Source: Lama glama
Taxonomy: Eukaryota
Assembly (NCBI GenBank): GCA_028534125.1
Contig: CM052816.1
Span: 22,818,001 to 22,882,000, forward strand
Direction of reading: 5' to 3'
DNA: 64,000 nt
Under the pieces are notes generated by a model that saw only the letters and a list, made by a program, of their open reading frames with translations, made no database searches and was not told the DNA's origin. The position numbers and the translations under genes were made by a program. Shown here piece by piece: positions 40,098 through 52,500 of the stretch; position 1 is the first letter of the stretch; each line of letters opens with the position of its first letter.

Positions 40098-41934
40098 TGG
40101 GGTGACCATATAATCCTCCTCCACACAAGGAAAGTTTTCACAGTCAAAAGCAGCACTAAAATAATTTTATATAATTTCTAAATTATTTTGCAGCCAGATA
40201 AATTACTTTTATAAAATAATGGTTAAGAAAAAAAACCCTAAAATTTATTTTTTAGTGTTTTATTATCATATTTAGATGCTGAAGAATCGCAGGCTTTCTA
40301 GATTTCAATTCCCTGTTTTTATGACATGGCTTCATTAGGAAACAATTTGAAGCCCAGCTACTATACACATAACGTTGCTTGTCTATTTTACCTTTTCTGC
40401 TTCTGTGTAGACTGGCAGTGCATTTAAGCTTACTTGAATGCATTATGTACCTCAACCAATTTCAAGTTCATTTCTGCTCCATAAATGCTTCAATTTATTA
40501 ATAACACTGTTTTTGTTTGTTTTACTGCGATGTTCTGAACTACCAAAATCTGTATTCATATTATCAGCACAAAAGAAATTCTTTTAACTTCATTTTAACT
40601 ACTGAGTAAACTAATATCCTTTTCAATAATGTCAATTTTGACAGTGTTTAACTTCTGAAAGCTTTACTTTCTTCTATGAATTGTATTTTAAAAAATGGAA
40701 TCGTACTAGAATTAACTACTTTCAATTTCAAGCAACTGATAACACTGACATAAAACTGACGTCACTGACCAATTCCCCATTTGCTAATGAATAGCCATCA
40801 ATTCACTGTATGTACATACACAAGAAAATCTGAAGTCATAATGAGCAAAATTAATATTGATGAAGAAGAGTACTGAATCTCAAAGAAAAGTCGTGTTTCT
40901 GGAATGATACACAAAATGACCTTTGTCGTTACATGTGTTAAATCATTGTCGTTGCTCACAGTCCTAAAATAACTGATGCGTTTTAAAATTGCTAAGCTTA
41001 AGCAGATGTGTTCTCTGGTCTTTATAGTCAGTTTTATCGCTATTGTATCCCTGCTGGATGCTAAATGTCGACAAACATTTTAAGTTAAACTTCTTATATC
41101 AAAACTAACAAAAATGATACATTCAAGTTTATCATTAAATATGTGCTTTTGTTTTTAAACATATTGTTGTCAAGTGATTTAATTCAAAAATGAAAACATT
41201 ACAAAACAAGAAAATAGTTGTAGAATCACTGCATAGAATAAGTGGCCAAATCACTGCAGCAAGAAGACACGGCAGGACCGCTGAGTCTCTATTTCACCTA
41301 GGCCGGCCCCTGACTCCCGTGGTTACCCCGAGCCTGCCCGCGGCTGGCCCTGTAGCTCCTTACCTCTAATAGGCCGAGCAGAAAAAACAGTGTCAGATAC
41401 TCTCCTCGCCAATGTCTGGAGGCGTCTTAAGGAAAATGAAGACAGAACTACAAATCCAAAGTTGCGCACATTTCCTTGAAGACGCCCGTGCCGTGCGGGG
41501 AGCTGAATCTCGAGCATCGCTAGCTCCACGCTCAGGCAGCGTCTGCGAACTCGCCCGGCCGAGGAAGGGCCGTGTCCCACAGGCAGAGGACACACGGACA
41601 AGCACTCCGCCGACTGCCAGAGAGTGACACGAACGCAGCCGCGAAGACCACGTAAAACCGTACAGTCCACGGTAGTTTGAATAGGATAAACAAATAAGTG
41701 AATGAAGCGCTGAATTACTAGGAAACTGTTTTTTATTTTTTCTTTTTTGGAGAGGGTGCGCTGAGAGAAACTGAGCGCCAGGAGTGGCTCAGAGAACAAC
41801 GGAACCAGGCCTGAGGCGCAGCAGCTGAATCCTGTTCTCGCGCGATCTCGGGAGGCCAATAGGTGCCGGCAGGTGAGTCGGAGGATGAATCAGAATATCC
41901 TCAAACCCTAACCCCAGACATTACATTGTCACCA
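40098..41934 (-). mobile_element. hAT (Blackjack-like) DNA transposon, internally deleted
   Basis: Terminal inverted repeats ggtgaccat (40101) and attgtcacc (41925-41933). Minus-strand transposase remnants: ATG at 41162, CLSTFSIQQG (41077-41048), FVYHS/KHDFSLR (40916-40878). Left end matches the reverse complement of 20790-20851. Confidence 0.75.
41270..41880. promoter_or_regulatory. CpG island / putative promoter, possibly bidirectional
   Basis: The only CpG-dense stretch in the window. TCTCGCGCGA (1 mismatch to the TCTCGCGAGA BANP motif) at 41836; CCAAT at 41856; minus-strand donor GAG|GTAAGG at 41364/41363; plus-strand donor CAG|GTGAGT at 41872/41873. Confidence 0.7.
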
Positions 41935-42614
41935 GGGCCTGGAGGTCTGACCAGTGACAGGGGAACACACCCTGGCCCAAATACTGTGTATGGGAAGAAC
42001 CACCGAAGCCAGAATGGGGTTGGGTTTAGGGGTGGGGACTGAACTGCGCATGCTCAAGCTGAAAAAGTAAAGCCTTCTGGGAGCTGGCAGGGCCCAGAGC
42101 AGGGACCAGGGCCTCTTGCACAGAATCCTGGAGTCCCCAGTCTGACATATGCATAGGTCCAAAGCCTCAGCACCCTCAGTGTTGCATTTTATTTGCATAT
42201 TTTGGGGCCAGTTCCTCCTAGATGCAAGGTACCCAAAATTTGTAACAGAAACCATCTCTGCTTGTTCCTCAGGCATGTGTCTAGAGGAGCTGCCTCAGAT
42301 CTCTGCTCTCTGGTTCCTAACCTGCCCATCTGTCAGCACTCTAAGGTGGGGAGCTGGCTCCTTCACTCAATCCCTTCCATCAGGAAATATTCCCTCTCGT
42401 GGAATACCATAGCAGATACTATGGTCCAGGGCCTGGTTGGATGGGTAGAGTGTGGAGGTTCCCAGGAAGGACTTGAAAGCAAGAAAAAAGGACAAAGATT
42501 CCTTCTTTCATTCAAAGGCAATAATCTAAGCCACTGGATGAGTGACGGTCCTGCACTGCCATGACCACCTTTACTCTCCACTTTCTCATCTGCAGAGTAT
42601 AAGAATTAGACTAA

Positions 42615-43178
42615 AGCAGCTCTATGTACAATAGCCAAGACATGGAAACAACCCAAATGTCCATTGACAGATGACTGGATAAAGAAGTTGTGATAGATTT
42701 ATATAATGGAATACTACTCAGCCATAAAAAAGAACAAAATAATGCCATTTACAGCAACATGGATGGACCCGGAGATTGTCATTCTAAGTGAAGTAAGCCA
42801 GAAAGAGAAAGAAAAATATCATATGATATCACTCATTAGTGAAATCTAAAAAAAAAGACAAACTTATTTACAAAACAAACATACTCACAGACATAGAAAA
42901 CAAACTTAAGGTTGAAGGGGGAGGGAAGAGGGTGGGAAGGGATAAACTGGGAGCTCGAGATTTGCAGATACTAATATATATAAGTAGATAAACAAGTTCA
43001 TACTGTATAGCACAGGGAACTATATTCATTATCTTGTAGTAACTCATGGTGAAAAAGAATATTAAAATGAATATATGTATGTTCATGTATGACTGAAGCA
43101 TTATGCTGTATACCAAAAACTAACACAACATTGTAAACTGACTATACTTCAAAAAAAATAATAATTGCAAGAAAAAAA
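42615..43178 (+). mobile_element. Young L1 3' end
   Basis: Perfect 14-bp TSD aagaattagactaa (42601-14 / 43179-92). Confidence 0.92.
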
Positions 43179-43534
43179 AAGAATTAGACTAAGATTGCTT
43201 ATGCCTCTAAAATTTGGTTCCAAAATTCTCTGAAAACTTTCTCCTTTTCTTATATTGACTTTGAGATACACATGAAGAAAAGTTTTCCATAGCTTCCCAA
43301 TGCCAAGTGAATTTGAGCTTGTTTTATTGTGACATTTTTTCTAGTATTAGGATGCAGTATTATTCAATCATTTGTTTTTATGACAAATTTTATGACATTT
43401 ATATCCTGACCTCCTCTTTCAGCTACAACACCCAGAAGGGTAGTGACAAGTACTTACTCATCTCTGAACCCTCAAAGCAACAAGCAAAGAGTCTAGCACA
43501 GTTTTTGTAGTAGAAAGCCCTTGCTGATGAAAAC

Positions 43535-43930
43535 CACACCAAAACTTGACTAAAACAAAAAACATTAATTATTTCTCACAATTCAGTGGGTTGACTTGGC
43601 ATTTTCTCCAGCATGGACTGGCTTGGTCTAGAATGTCCTTACTAACTTATGCGGTGATGGGCATGTTGTTTAGTTATGACACCTTGGTGGGGATGACTGG
43701 GACAGCCTCCCTCCTTGTGGACTCTCAGCCTCCAGGAGGATCATCCACATGGTAGAAGAAACGTTCCCAGCAGAGAGAGAACTGAAGCTCCAGTCTATAA
43801 GCATTTTTCACTCCTCTCCCTAAGTCACGTTTGCTAATAGTGATTACAGCCAGCCATGTGACCATGCCCAATTCAGAGTGTGGAGTAAGAATGGACCTCA
43901 TGATGAGATGAACTTCTTTCAATCTACCCC
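43535..43930. mobile_element. MLT1 (MaLR) LTR fragment
   Basis: ccacaccaaaact..atttctcacaattc and ..ccatgtgaccatgccc..aatctaccc motifs typical of MLT1. Confidence 0.6.
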
Positions 43931-46326
43931 ATTTACTCAGCAACTGGGGATTAATGCAGTCATATTTCTACTTCACCCTATAGGTGAAGATGAAGCAGGA
44001 ATGCAAGGACTTTCCACTATATCTTTCTGTCCCTGACCTGGTTGGAACTATAAGGTCTGGGGGAATGTAAAAGTGAAAAACTATAAAGAATGTGGTTCTG
44101 TTTGTAGGTGAATGGGAGAATAGGAAAGAAACATTTCCTCCTTGTGAATATCTGCAGTATTATAAAAATACTATAATGAAATAGAAGCTGAATAACAAAC
44201 CCCATGATAGTTTACCTAGTTGATGTTTGACAAATACCATTTTGAAGTGCTTCATTTCATAAAACCAAAGTTTGTTAATGTGGAGTGGTGCAAAGAGTAT
44301 TTTGGCATTTTTCAGATCAAGATTTGAATTCTATCTAGGCCACTTAGTAGCATGTAACCTTGGAAGAAAAACTTAAATATTTACTCTCACTTTTTTGTTG
44401 TTGGTAAATGAGATAATCATACCTCAGAAGACTATTTGGAGGATTAAATAATGTAACATACATGCTTCACACATTTCAAGAACTCAAAAGATGGTTTCTT
44501 TTCTTCCTTTCTTATATTTATACTTAAGTTCTTTAATTTATTCAGTATTATATACTTCTTGGAAATACATGAGTTCTTAAACCCTAAACTTTAAAAACAC
44601 TTTTTATGCTAATAGTTAACACGCACACATATGTAAGTGTATAGGTATATTATGACCCTGTCATGGCTCTTACCAGAGATGTTTCTTACACCTAATAAGA
44701 AATGAAGCTGAAATTCTAACCAACACCAGTGTGCCTCCTGATACATCTTCCTAACCACTGTACTAAGAGGCCACTCTCTGGCAAAGAATCACTGCAACTA
44801 TAATTAATAACATGACTTTTTAAAATTAATTATATCACTCTATCAGTTAAACCAAAATCTGATTTGGTTTCATTTAAGATAATAAGCAGACTTTCCCCCT
44901 TATACTTGTGTGTGTGAGGCTAATGCAGAGTGGAGCTGAAGATTCCTGGGACTGAAGAGGTGAATTCCTTCTAGCTGTGTTTTAGAAGAAAAATCTAGAA
45001 AAGGAAATGCCATCCATATTGAACTGCTTCTTTTCCTAAAAGTGTTTGGGAAGATGGCTTAAATTTGAGGAAAAAAAATCCATGGTATTATAATTTTAAC
45101 TGGTTACTATATCTATAGCGTTTGAATAGAATATATAATGTTCTAAGCTTGCTCTAACAAGAATGGGTTGAATATATAAGAATATAGCTCAACTCTAGCA
45201 AACTTTTGGAATTAAAAATGGTAGTCACTCTGAAAAGCACGGTTCCAAATATCACCTAGTGTATGAAATTATATAGCTGTTTTAATTCTATTTGCATTTG
45301 GGAAATGCTAAGAACATATTCAACGGAAATTTTGATAGAAATGTACAACACATTTTTTAAGAAAGAAATTCTTTCTTACAGAGAATTCAATTCAGCATTA
45401 TCTAAAAAATAAAAAACTGAGTCAACTAGATAAGACACATGTAGTTAAATACCGAAAATATTTGGTACTGGAAAAATCCAGCATCTCTCACTTCATGAAG
45501 GACAGAGCACACTGTTTTCCTCCAGGGCTGTTTCCTACCTTCCCAAGACTTACTTTTCTGCTACTTTAGTCACTTCACTGAACGTTTCATGACCCTCCCT
45601 TGCTTAAATGAACACTAGTTAGTCTGCAATTTTCTGCTGAAATGGCCCCTCAGCATTCTGTACTGATGTTACCTTGAGGGTCAGGTTGGGACAAGACTGG
45701 TCTTCTTCCTGCTTAGCATTGCCATTTCTTTCTAGATCACTGCCCATGCCTCATGCTAAAATATCTGCATTTCTAAGCTTCTGTTATTGGTCTACACAGC
45801 GTAATGCCCTCTTATATTTCGGCCCAGAACATACCCTATGTTTTGGGCAACTGGCTCACACTCCCCTCTTTATTCTCTGTTACCGTTCCATGCATGCGAT
45901 AAGTCATGCAACATCCACTCTCAACTGTATTCACCTCTTCAGTCCCAGGAATCTTCAGCTCCACTCTGCATTAGCCTCACACACACATCCTCATTTTCAC
46001 CCTAGTTAGTATCCAGGATACCCTACAGAAAAAGCTTCTTGAGGGCAGGGACAGGTTCTCCAGGGATGATCACTGCATCATCAACAATCAGCACAGCACC
46101 TGGTACTTACGAGGTACTGAAGTAGTTATTAAATAAATGAATACATTAATCACACCCCATCAGGAAATCTTAAACTCCAATTCATTCTTTCATCTCTTCC
46201 TATCCTTCCTACCCTTCCTACCCTTCCTTGGGTCGTAGCACACTTAGGACCCGAATTCCAATATTCATTTTATATCACAATGACCACTATCCCCATCCTT
46301 TCTCTATTTCCTCCTAATCTCTCAGC

Positions 46327-46789
46327 TACCAAATTGGTACTTGCCAACTGCCTTTCCAAGGATGAGGTGGTTAGCCACTGTAGTCACTGGCCTTCAACAC
46401 AGCCTGAAATGAGTTCAGGGTGGAGATCAGGAATGAGGCACTCTGTGCTCTGGGAAAAACTGGCCAAACGGACCTTCGGATAGTTAAGATATTTTCCGAA
46501 GATTTTAATGAGCACAAAGTCTTGCATCTTCTCATATCTAGAAAAACACTAAAATCATTAACAGTGACATGTGTTCCTCGTGACTAGCAGCAAGCCTCTG
46601 CCAAACTGTGTGCTTGACTCCATGTACTCCCCCGTGCTAAAATCATATATAATACTGACCTCTCCCCCTACCTCTGTGGAGCAGTTCCTCAGAGCTACCT
46701 CAAATGCTGTCTCCTGGGCTATAGTCCTCATTTTGCGCCCAATGAAACTGAACTACAACTCTCATCTTGTGCATTTTTTTCAGTCGACA
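46327..46789 (+). mobile_element. ERV-type solo LTR
   Basis: Ends ..cagtcgaca; TSD cagc (46323-26 / 46790-93). Confidence 0.65.
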
Positions 46790-46990
46790 CAGCCATCCCC
46801 TATGCTTCACATACTTTACTGACTGATGCCAATAAGATGAACTTCTTCTCAGTGAACACTTCCCTGTATTACATGCCCATTCCTACACAGCACATAGCCA
46901 TAAAGCAGGCCTCTGAACCATTCCAGTGTTAACGCTATTGCTTCTTCCAGTACTGCTGTATAAGAACAAACAAATTTTAAGATGTGGTAC

Positions 46991-47567
46991 TGTTGCTGAA
47001 AGATCAGCCCCTGTCCCTGACGAGCCAAATAACCCAGAGACAAGGTCTCGGAGCTTAGAAGAAAAGAGGAAATTGTATTGCTTTGCCGGGCTAAGGGGAC
47101 TCACAGCAGGCTAGTGCCTTCAAAACTGTGAACCCACCTTGGGGATTGGGTGGGGTGGTTATACAGTCATAGCTCAAACAATACAGCATCGATAACAAGC
47201 AAGAGACTCATTTTCTCACCAGAAGACGCAGAATGGCGACATGAAGCCTCCAGGTGACCAATTCCATACAGACCAGCGGTTAGAGCTCTTTATCTCCTAA
47301 GCACTCAAAGTGTGGTCTTCTTGGTAATTCAGGCTATTTTGTAAGTTTACAGTCCTGTGACCTTCTCCTTGCAGAAGGACTCAGAGACCAAGCATGATTA
47401 TCGCTTTCAATTACTGGAATAAAGTAGAAACAGTAAGATCAATAGCTCCAGTTTTAACAATGGGCCTGGAACTGTGAGTAGCAACCGGTCAGTCAGGTCA
47501 GCTGACCGTTTTAAGGGCAAGCATAAGAATAAGCAATCTGCTAGCCTATTTTATTAATCCTCCTTCA
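46991..47567 (-). mobile_element. ERV-type solo LTR
   Basis: TG...CA ends; TSD gtac/gtcc; collagen register resumes on both sides. Confidence 0.65.
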
Positions 47568-49140
47568 GTCCTAGGAGTTAGAATTGAGAGTTGGGACAGA
47601 ATGTAAAAATCCACAAAAATGATCATGTGCATCTATAACAAGAAATGGCAATAGAAATGATTCACTGTATATTTATTCATAAGACTCTCAATGAAAACCT
47701 CCTCAGGGGATAGAAATTCAGTCAGGTTCTGAGGAGAAAGAGAAGGAAATATGCCCTTCTGCTTTAAAGAGTTTGCTCAGTCTATTAAGGAGAAAGACAT
47801 CCAGACTTGCTTCTTTCATTCACAGGGTCCTGTAATCCAACATGTTGTGAAGATGGAAATTTTGAGAGAAGTGCAAATATGGTGTAAGTTACTGGATTAT
47901 AATTAAGATTCAAGATTATGAAATTAATTTTATTTTATGTAAATAAATTTGTGTTAAAAAGAAAGCCTGAGAATAGATGACATACTAAGTTGCCAATACA
48001 ATTTCTTTCAATAAGAAGAGATAATTGTAAATATTTAAAAACCAGTAACATGAAGCATTAGTATCACTTCAAAATTAAGCAACTTTATCACTAACAAATC
48101 CTGTTTATTCCCTATCGTATGCTAAGAGCGGGAGTCTGTATTCACCTTGCAAAGGTCATCCTAAAATTCTGTGCCTAGACTACAGCCCAGAGCTAGCTAG
48201 GAACTAAATAAATACTTGTTCCTGTCTCACTTCCTGTTTGTTACCCAGTGCGGTCACAGGGAGTGCCTGAAGCAATGAAATTTGAATTAGAGAGAAAAAC
48301 AATGATCAGAGTTTGAAGTTCACAGAGATTTTGAGTAGTGGAAAGTTGAGAAGTTAAAATTATGAGCTGGGAGCTCATGGGGATCAGTGGGAGTTCTCGG
48401 GTCCATAGGTGATTATTTATAGGCGGCATTACCACTTTAGTTCCTTCTCACCAGGAGAATTAGGTGATTTTTTTATTTAAATGTAATCTGGTATCAGTAT
48501 GCATCATGCTCGCAGAAATCCCCTACTATTCTCTGGCTCTCTGAACCAGTAATTCTGAAAGCCACTGATAGACACTCTCTAACCCTTTCATAGTACCAAA
48601 CTTTTTTTTCAGAATATTGAACAAAATACCTCTCCTGTGACATATATATAAAAAGATTAGCATAGTCACATCAAATATGTCACAGCTTAGTGAAGTTAAA
48701 AATCCCTGAAAGTGAAGATGTGTAACACGTTTTATCAGGAAGTTAAGAGGAAACAGGGTTAACACCATTAGCAAGGAACTTCAACCACAAAAAAAAAATG
48801 AGCCTGCTTCAATAGAATTTAATACAAGACTGGTTCTCAATGGGAGAGTTGCCTGAGGAAGAAATCAGTATGTCCAAATGAAATAGCCAGGGAAATGCCT
48901 TCTTGAATGTAATTAAATTCTCCCTACACCCCACTGACTTAAAAATTTGGCATAACGCAAACTTGTTTTTTAATAGTTTTCCTCATTTTTTCATATCAGA
49001 CAGAATCAACCAAAGGCCCACAGTGATGCTCCCTGCATGACTAGGTCCACTCTTGGAAATCACATACAGAATCTAACAGACAGATAAAGGTCCAGCCAAC
49101 CCAGACAGTATTCATGATACTGGGATTCATAACAAGAAAT

Positions 49141-49532
49141 TATTTAACAAATTAATAAAGATCGCTTCTCGGCCTTTTGGCTAAGATCAAGTGGAAAAAA
49201 TTAATACAGAGAAACCTCAATTAAACAGAGTTGGGAGAGCAGAGGACAGTACTCCCATACCTTGCAACAACAGCAGAGCCCAATAAGGAGAAAGAAGAGT
49301 CTTCTTTCTTCCTGGCAGTGATTCAGCCAATGAAAAGCCATGGATTGTTTGTTTACTTTAGTCCTCCCAACTGCCTTTTCCCCTCTTTAAGGGTTCTCAT
49401 TCCCTTGCTGGGGAGAGAACTTGCACATGACTCACCATGATTACAGACCCCAAATTGCAATTCTCTGCTGAACCCAAATAAACCAATCTTTGCTGGAAAA
49501 ATTCCTGACAATCTATTTGTTTCAGATCAACA
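49141..49532 (+). mobile_element. ERV1-type solo LTR nested in a MER21-like LTR
   Basis: 4-bp TSD aaat (49137-40 / 49533-36); ends ..aaca; AATAAA near 49477; MER21-like sequence resumes on both sides. Confidence 0.7.
49161..49193 (+). pseudogene. RNU2: U2 snRNA 5' fragment (3'-truncated retro-copy)
   Basis: ATCGCTTCTCGGCCTTTTGGCTAAGATCAAGTG equals U2 nt 1-33; flanking repeats aaattaataaag (49149-49160) and aaattaatacag (49198-49209). Confidence 0.95.
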
Positions 49533-52500
49533 AAATATATATTTGGCCTTTGCCCTCATTTCTGAATCAGAGCGGCTAAAACCATTGGAATTCCCTAAGT
49601 GAGGAGAGGCATAAAGTTATCTTCTATAGTTATGTTAATGAGGAGACTTTTAGAAAAGCCTAGGTAGGTAACCTAAGGGTAGGATCCACTGCTAAGAAAC
49701 CCAGGCTGTGAAAAGAAGGTTATTAGGGCTTTCAATTAATATCCCCTTGTTTCCCACTCCCACCTCTAGGGAGGCGAGCAGGGCTGGAGGTTAAATCAAC
49801 AGCCAACGGACAGTGATTTAGTCAATCCTGACTATGTAGTGAAGTACCCAGAAAAACCCCAATAGGATGGGGTTTGGAGCTTCCAGGTTGATGAACACAT
49901 GGAGATTTGGGGAGAGTGGTGCACTATGGGAGGACATGAAAGCCCTCATACTGGTTCCCCATTCCTTGCCCTGTGCATCACTTCCACGTGGCTGTTCCTG
50001 AGTTGTATCCTTTAATAATAAACCAGTAATCTATTAAGTTAAATGTTTCTCTGAGTTCTGTGAGCTGCTCTAGCAAATAAATCAAACCCAAAGAGGTGTT
50101 TTTGGAACCTCCAATCTATACCCAGTAGGTCAGAAGCATAGGTGGTAACCTGGACTTGAAACTGGTGTCTGCATGCTGGAGTGGAAGGGGCAGTTTTGTA
50201 GGACTAAGCCCTTAACACGTGGGATCAAACTATCTGCAGACAGATGGTGTTAGAATTGAGTTGAACTGTAGGACAGCCAGCTGCAGCTGGTGTTGGGGAA
50301 CTGCTTAGTGGTGTGAGAACCTCCCCCCACCACACACACACTCACACTGAAACTGATGACCAATCATTGTTATTTAAAACAAAACTTACAATGATCCATT
50401 GATTTAGAACTCTGCGACGGCTTAATTAGAAGGACCAAACCCATTTTATGGTAGTAAGAAGAGCTATATACATTTTATCACACATACTAATGAATTCAGG
50501 TTACAAAGAATACACAATGGATCCTGCTATCAGCATCCAGACATTCTACACAAGGCATCAGTGACAATGCTTATTTGAAATGGCTAGGTGAAGTTTCTTG
50601 ATTCTCTGCTGGGGAGGTACAGGGGGTTCCAAAATGACCTTGATTTATAGAGACTAGACGTGACAGAAATAGATACTTCCTTCTTCCTGACCTTTATTAC
50701 TGCATCACATAATTCTTAGGATTTGCTTTGTTTATAGAACTAAAGCTGTACTTGTTCACTCCAGAAATAACTACACCCTGTTTCAGCTCTGGCTCCCTGA
50801 CCTCTGTGATTATGTGCAATCTTTGTTACAACGAATGTACTTTCCCTGTATAGCTGCAATAGAAGATATGCTTTTGGAGGGAAGGACCTTTTCTTACTTG
50901 TAGTCTGAACTGAAAATAGATCCTTCATTTTTAAAGTATCATAACATTTCATATGCAACATCATTAAGCATCCTCTAACAATGGTCAGAACAAATTAATC
51001 ATTTTGTTATCACTTATGATCACAACATATTTAGAAGGTACCCAAGCAAACTTCTCGCTCAATGCAAAACATTCCAGGATGGGTGCATGCCACCCTTTCT
51101 CAAAAACTCCTGATGAGGAACATATCTGGAGAGCTTCCGTATGAAGCCTTTCTCATTTTCTGAATTATTACATTTTTCTGAAATTTTTTGTGTACTTTTA
51201 CATTATATTAAGCCTGAATTTCTCTTCTCCAACTGGGATTTCTGTCTTTTGGTTCAATTTTTTTTCCCCCTCAAATCTGGGCCTTATCGCCATTAGAGCA
51301 CACTTATCACATTGTCTATCCTCAACTTGCACTCTCATTTATACAACTACCATTGTTCTAGGGATGAATGAATTGGTCCATTTTTCTCTATTTAGTAAGT
51401 GATTTTTTTTTTAAGTAGCACAGCTTAGATCAAAATCTATTTAGTGTAAACAAAAAAATAAGGACACCTTTTAGAAAGTCACAGGGATGTATCAGGGACT
51501 CCAAGAGCTGCGCAGACAAGTTCCTCAACAGACTGAAACAGGGAGTAAAAACCAGCACACACACAGTCATCTAATGTCTCTGTGTGTCTTATTCTCAATA
51601 GCGGGATTTTTTCTCATCTGTTCCTCTCTGGACTGGATTCAGTCTCCTTTCTCTCCAAAGAGCTAATTTCTCTGGTCTTCTTGCTCATGGACCAGCATGA
51701 GTAACTCAGACGCCACTTTACGTCACTTTTTGTTGAACTGATCAACAAACAAACTAGCCTTTGTGTCCTAAAACGAAATTCCCAGAGGAAACATAAAATG
51801 ATCTTAGCCTCGACTCTGAAATGACATCTACTGACTCAGTCAATTAGTTTGATAGCAGGAATTCACCCACGGTTTGAAGGTGGGGGGTGAGTGTTTTCAG
51901 AAAAAGGGGAGTGTAAACTGAAGTCTGACAATCACTTTATCTTCTTCTTCTCATAATGATCTAAAGCCATAACATGGTATTTTAGATATGATCTGAACAA
52001 AGCAGAGTGTGCTCATAGGCTATGACTTCTCCTTTCCAGCACACATGATAGTTCACTTGATGAAGCATTGGTTGTTATAGTAACATTTTTTTAAGTAACA
52101 TCTTAATTATCAAAGAGATCAATGATCGCAAAGCTGGAAGCTTTCTCTTTAATATTCGTTTTATCACTTGATTAAAGAGGTATTGATATACATTTGAAAA
52201 GTAGAAATTCAGTGCTATGAACGCATAGTTACTTGCAGAATTACAGAAATGAATGAGATCTATTATTAGTCACATGTATTATTGAGACCAGTTAGGTCAC
52301 AGTATTCCTTTTGCGATGCTACTAGAAGCCTGAGTCAAGAAATCGTGCAGATCATTAACACATCTTACCCAATTTTATTAACCAATTATTTCAATCACAG
52401 ACAATTTAAATTGATAGTTTTCCTAAAAAGATCATGAAAATGGGATACAATATCAAATAATTAAAGTAATCAATTATCATTAGTCTATCCTATCTGATTT

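Larger units (their letters stand above)
41935..47883 (+). pseudogene. Fossil collagen coding tract resuming immediately after the hAT element and ending at a gtaagt donor (47884)
   Basis: 41935 GPGGLT(G)DRGTHPGPN..GKN..GFRGGD..GPE..GPL..GVP; 43947 GIN..PIGEDEAGMQGLS; 47700 PQGIE..GSE. Confidence 0.88.
49113..50370 (+). mobile_element. MER21-like LTR
   Basis: Colinear similarity with the second copy at 60757-61550; MER21-type start tgatactg.gatt.ataa.aagaaat. Confidence 0.75.

Noticed and set aside
41323..41859. 178-aa minus-strand ORF in the CpG island
   Set aside because: No recognisable protein; long ORFs are expected in GC-rich DNA, and it reads through the donor at 41364.
51410..51920. 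Apparent GLQ(G)LR collagen register at ~51495
   Set aside because: The region looks like an MLT1-type LTR; ambiguous, so not counted as collagen.
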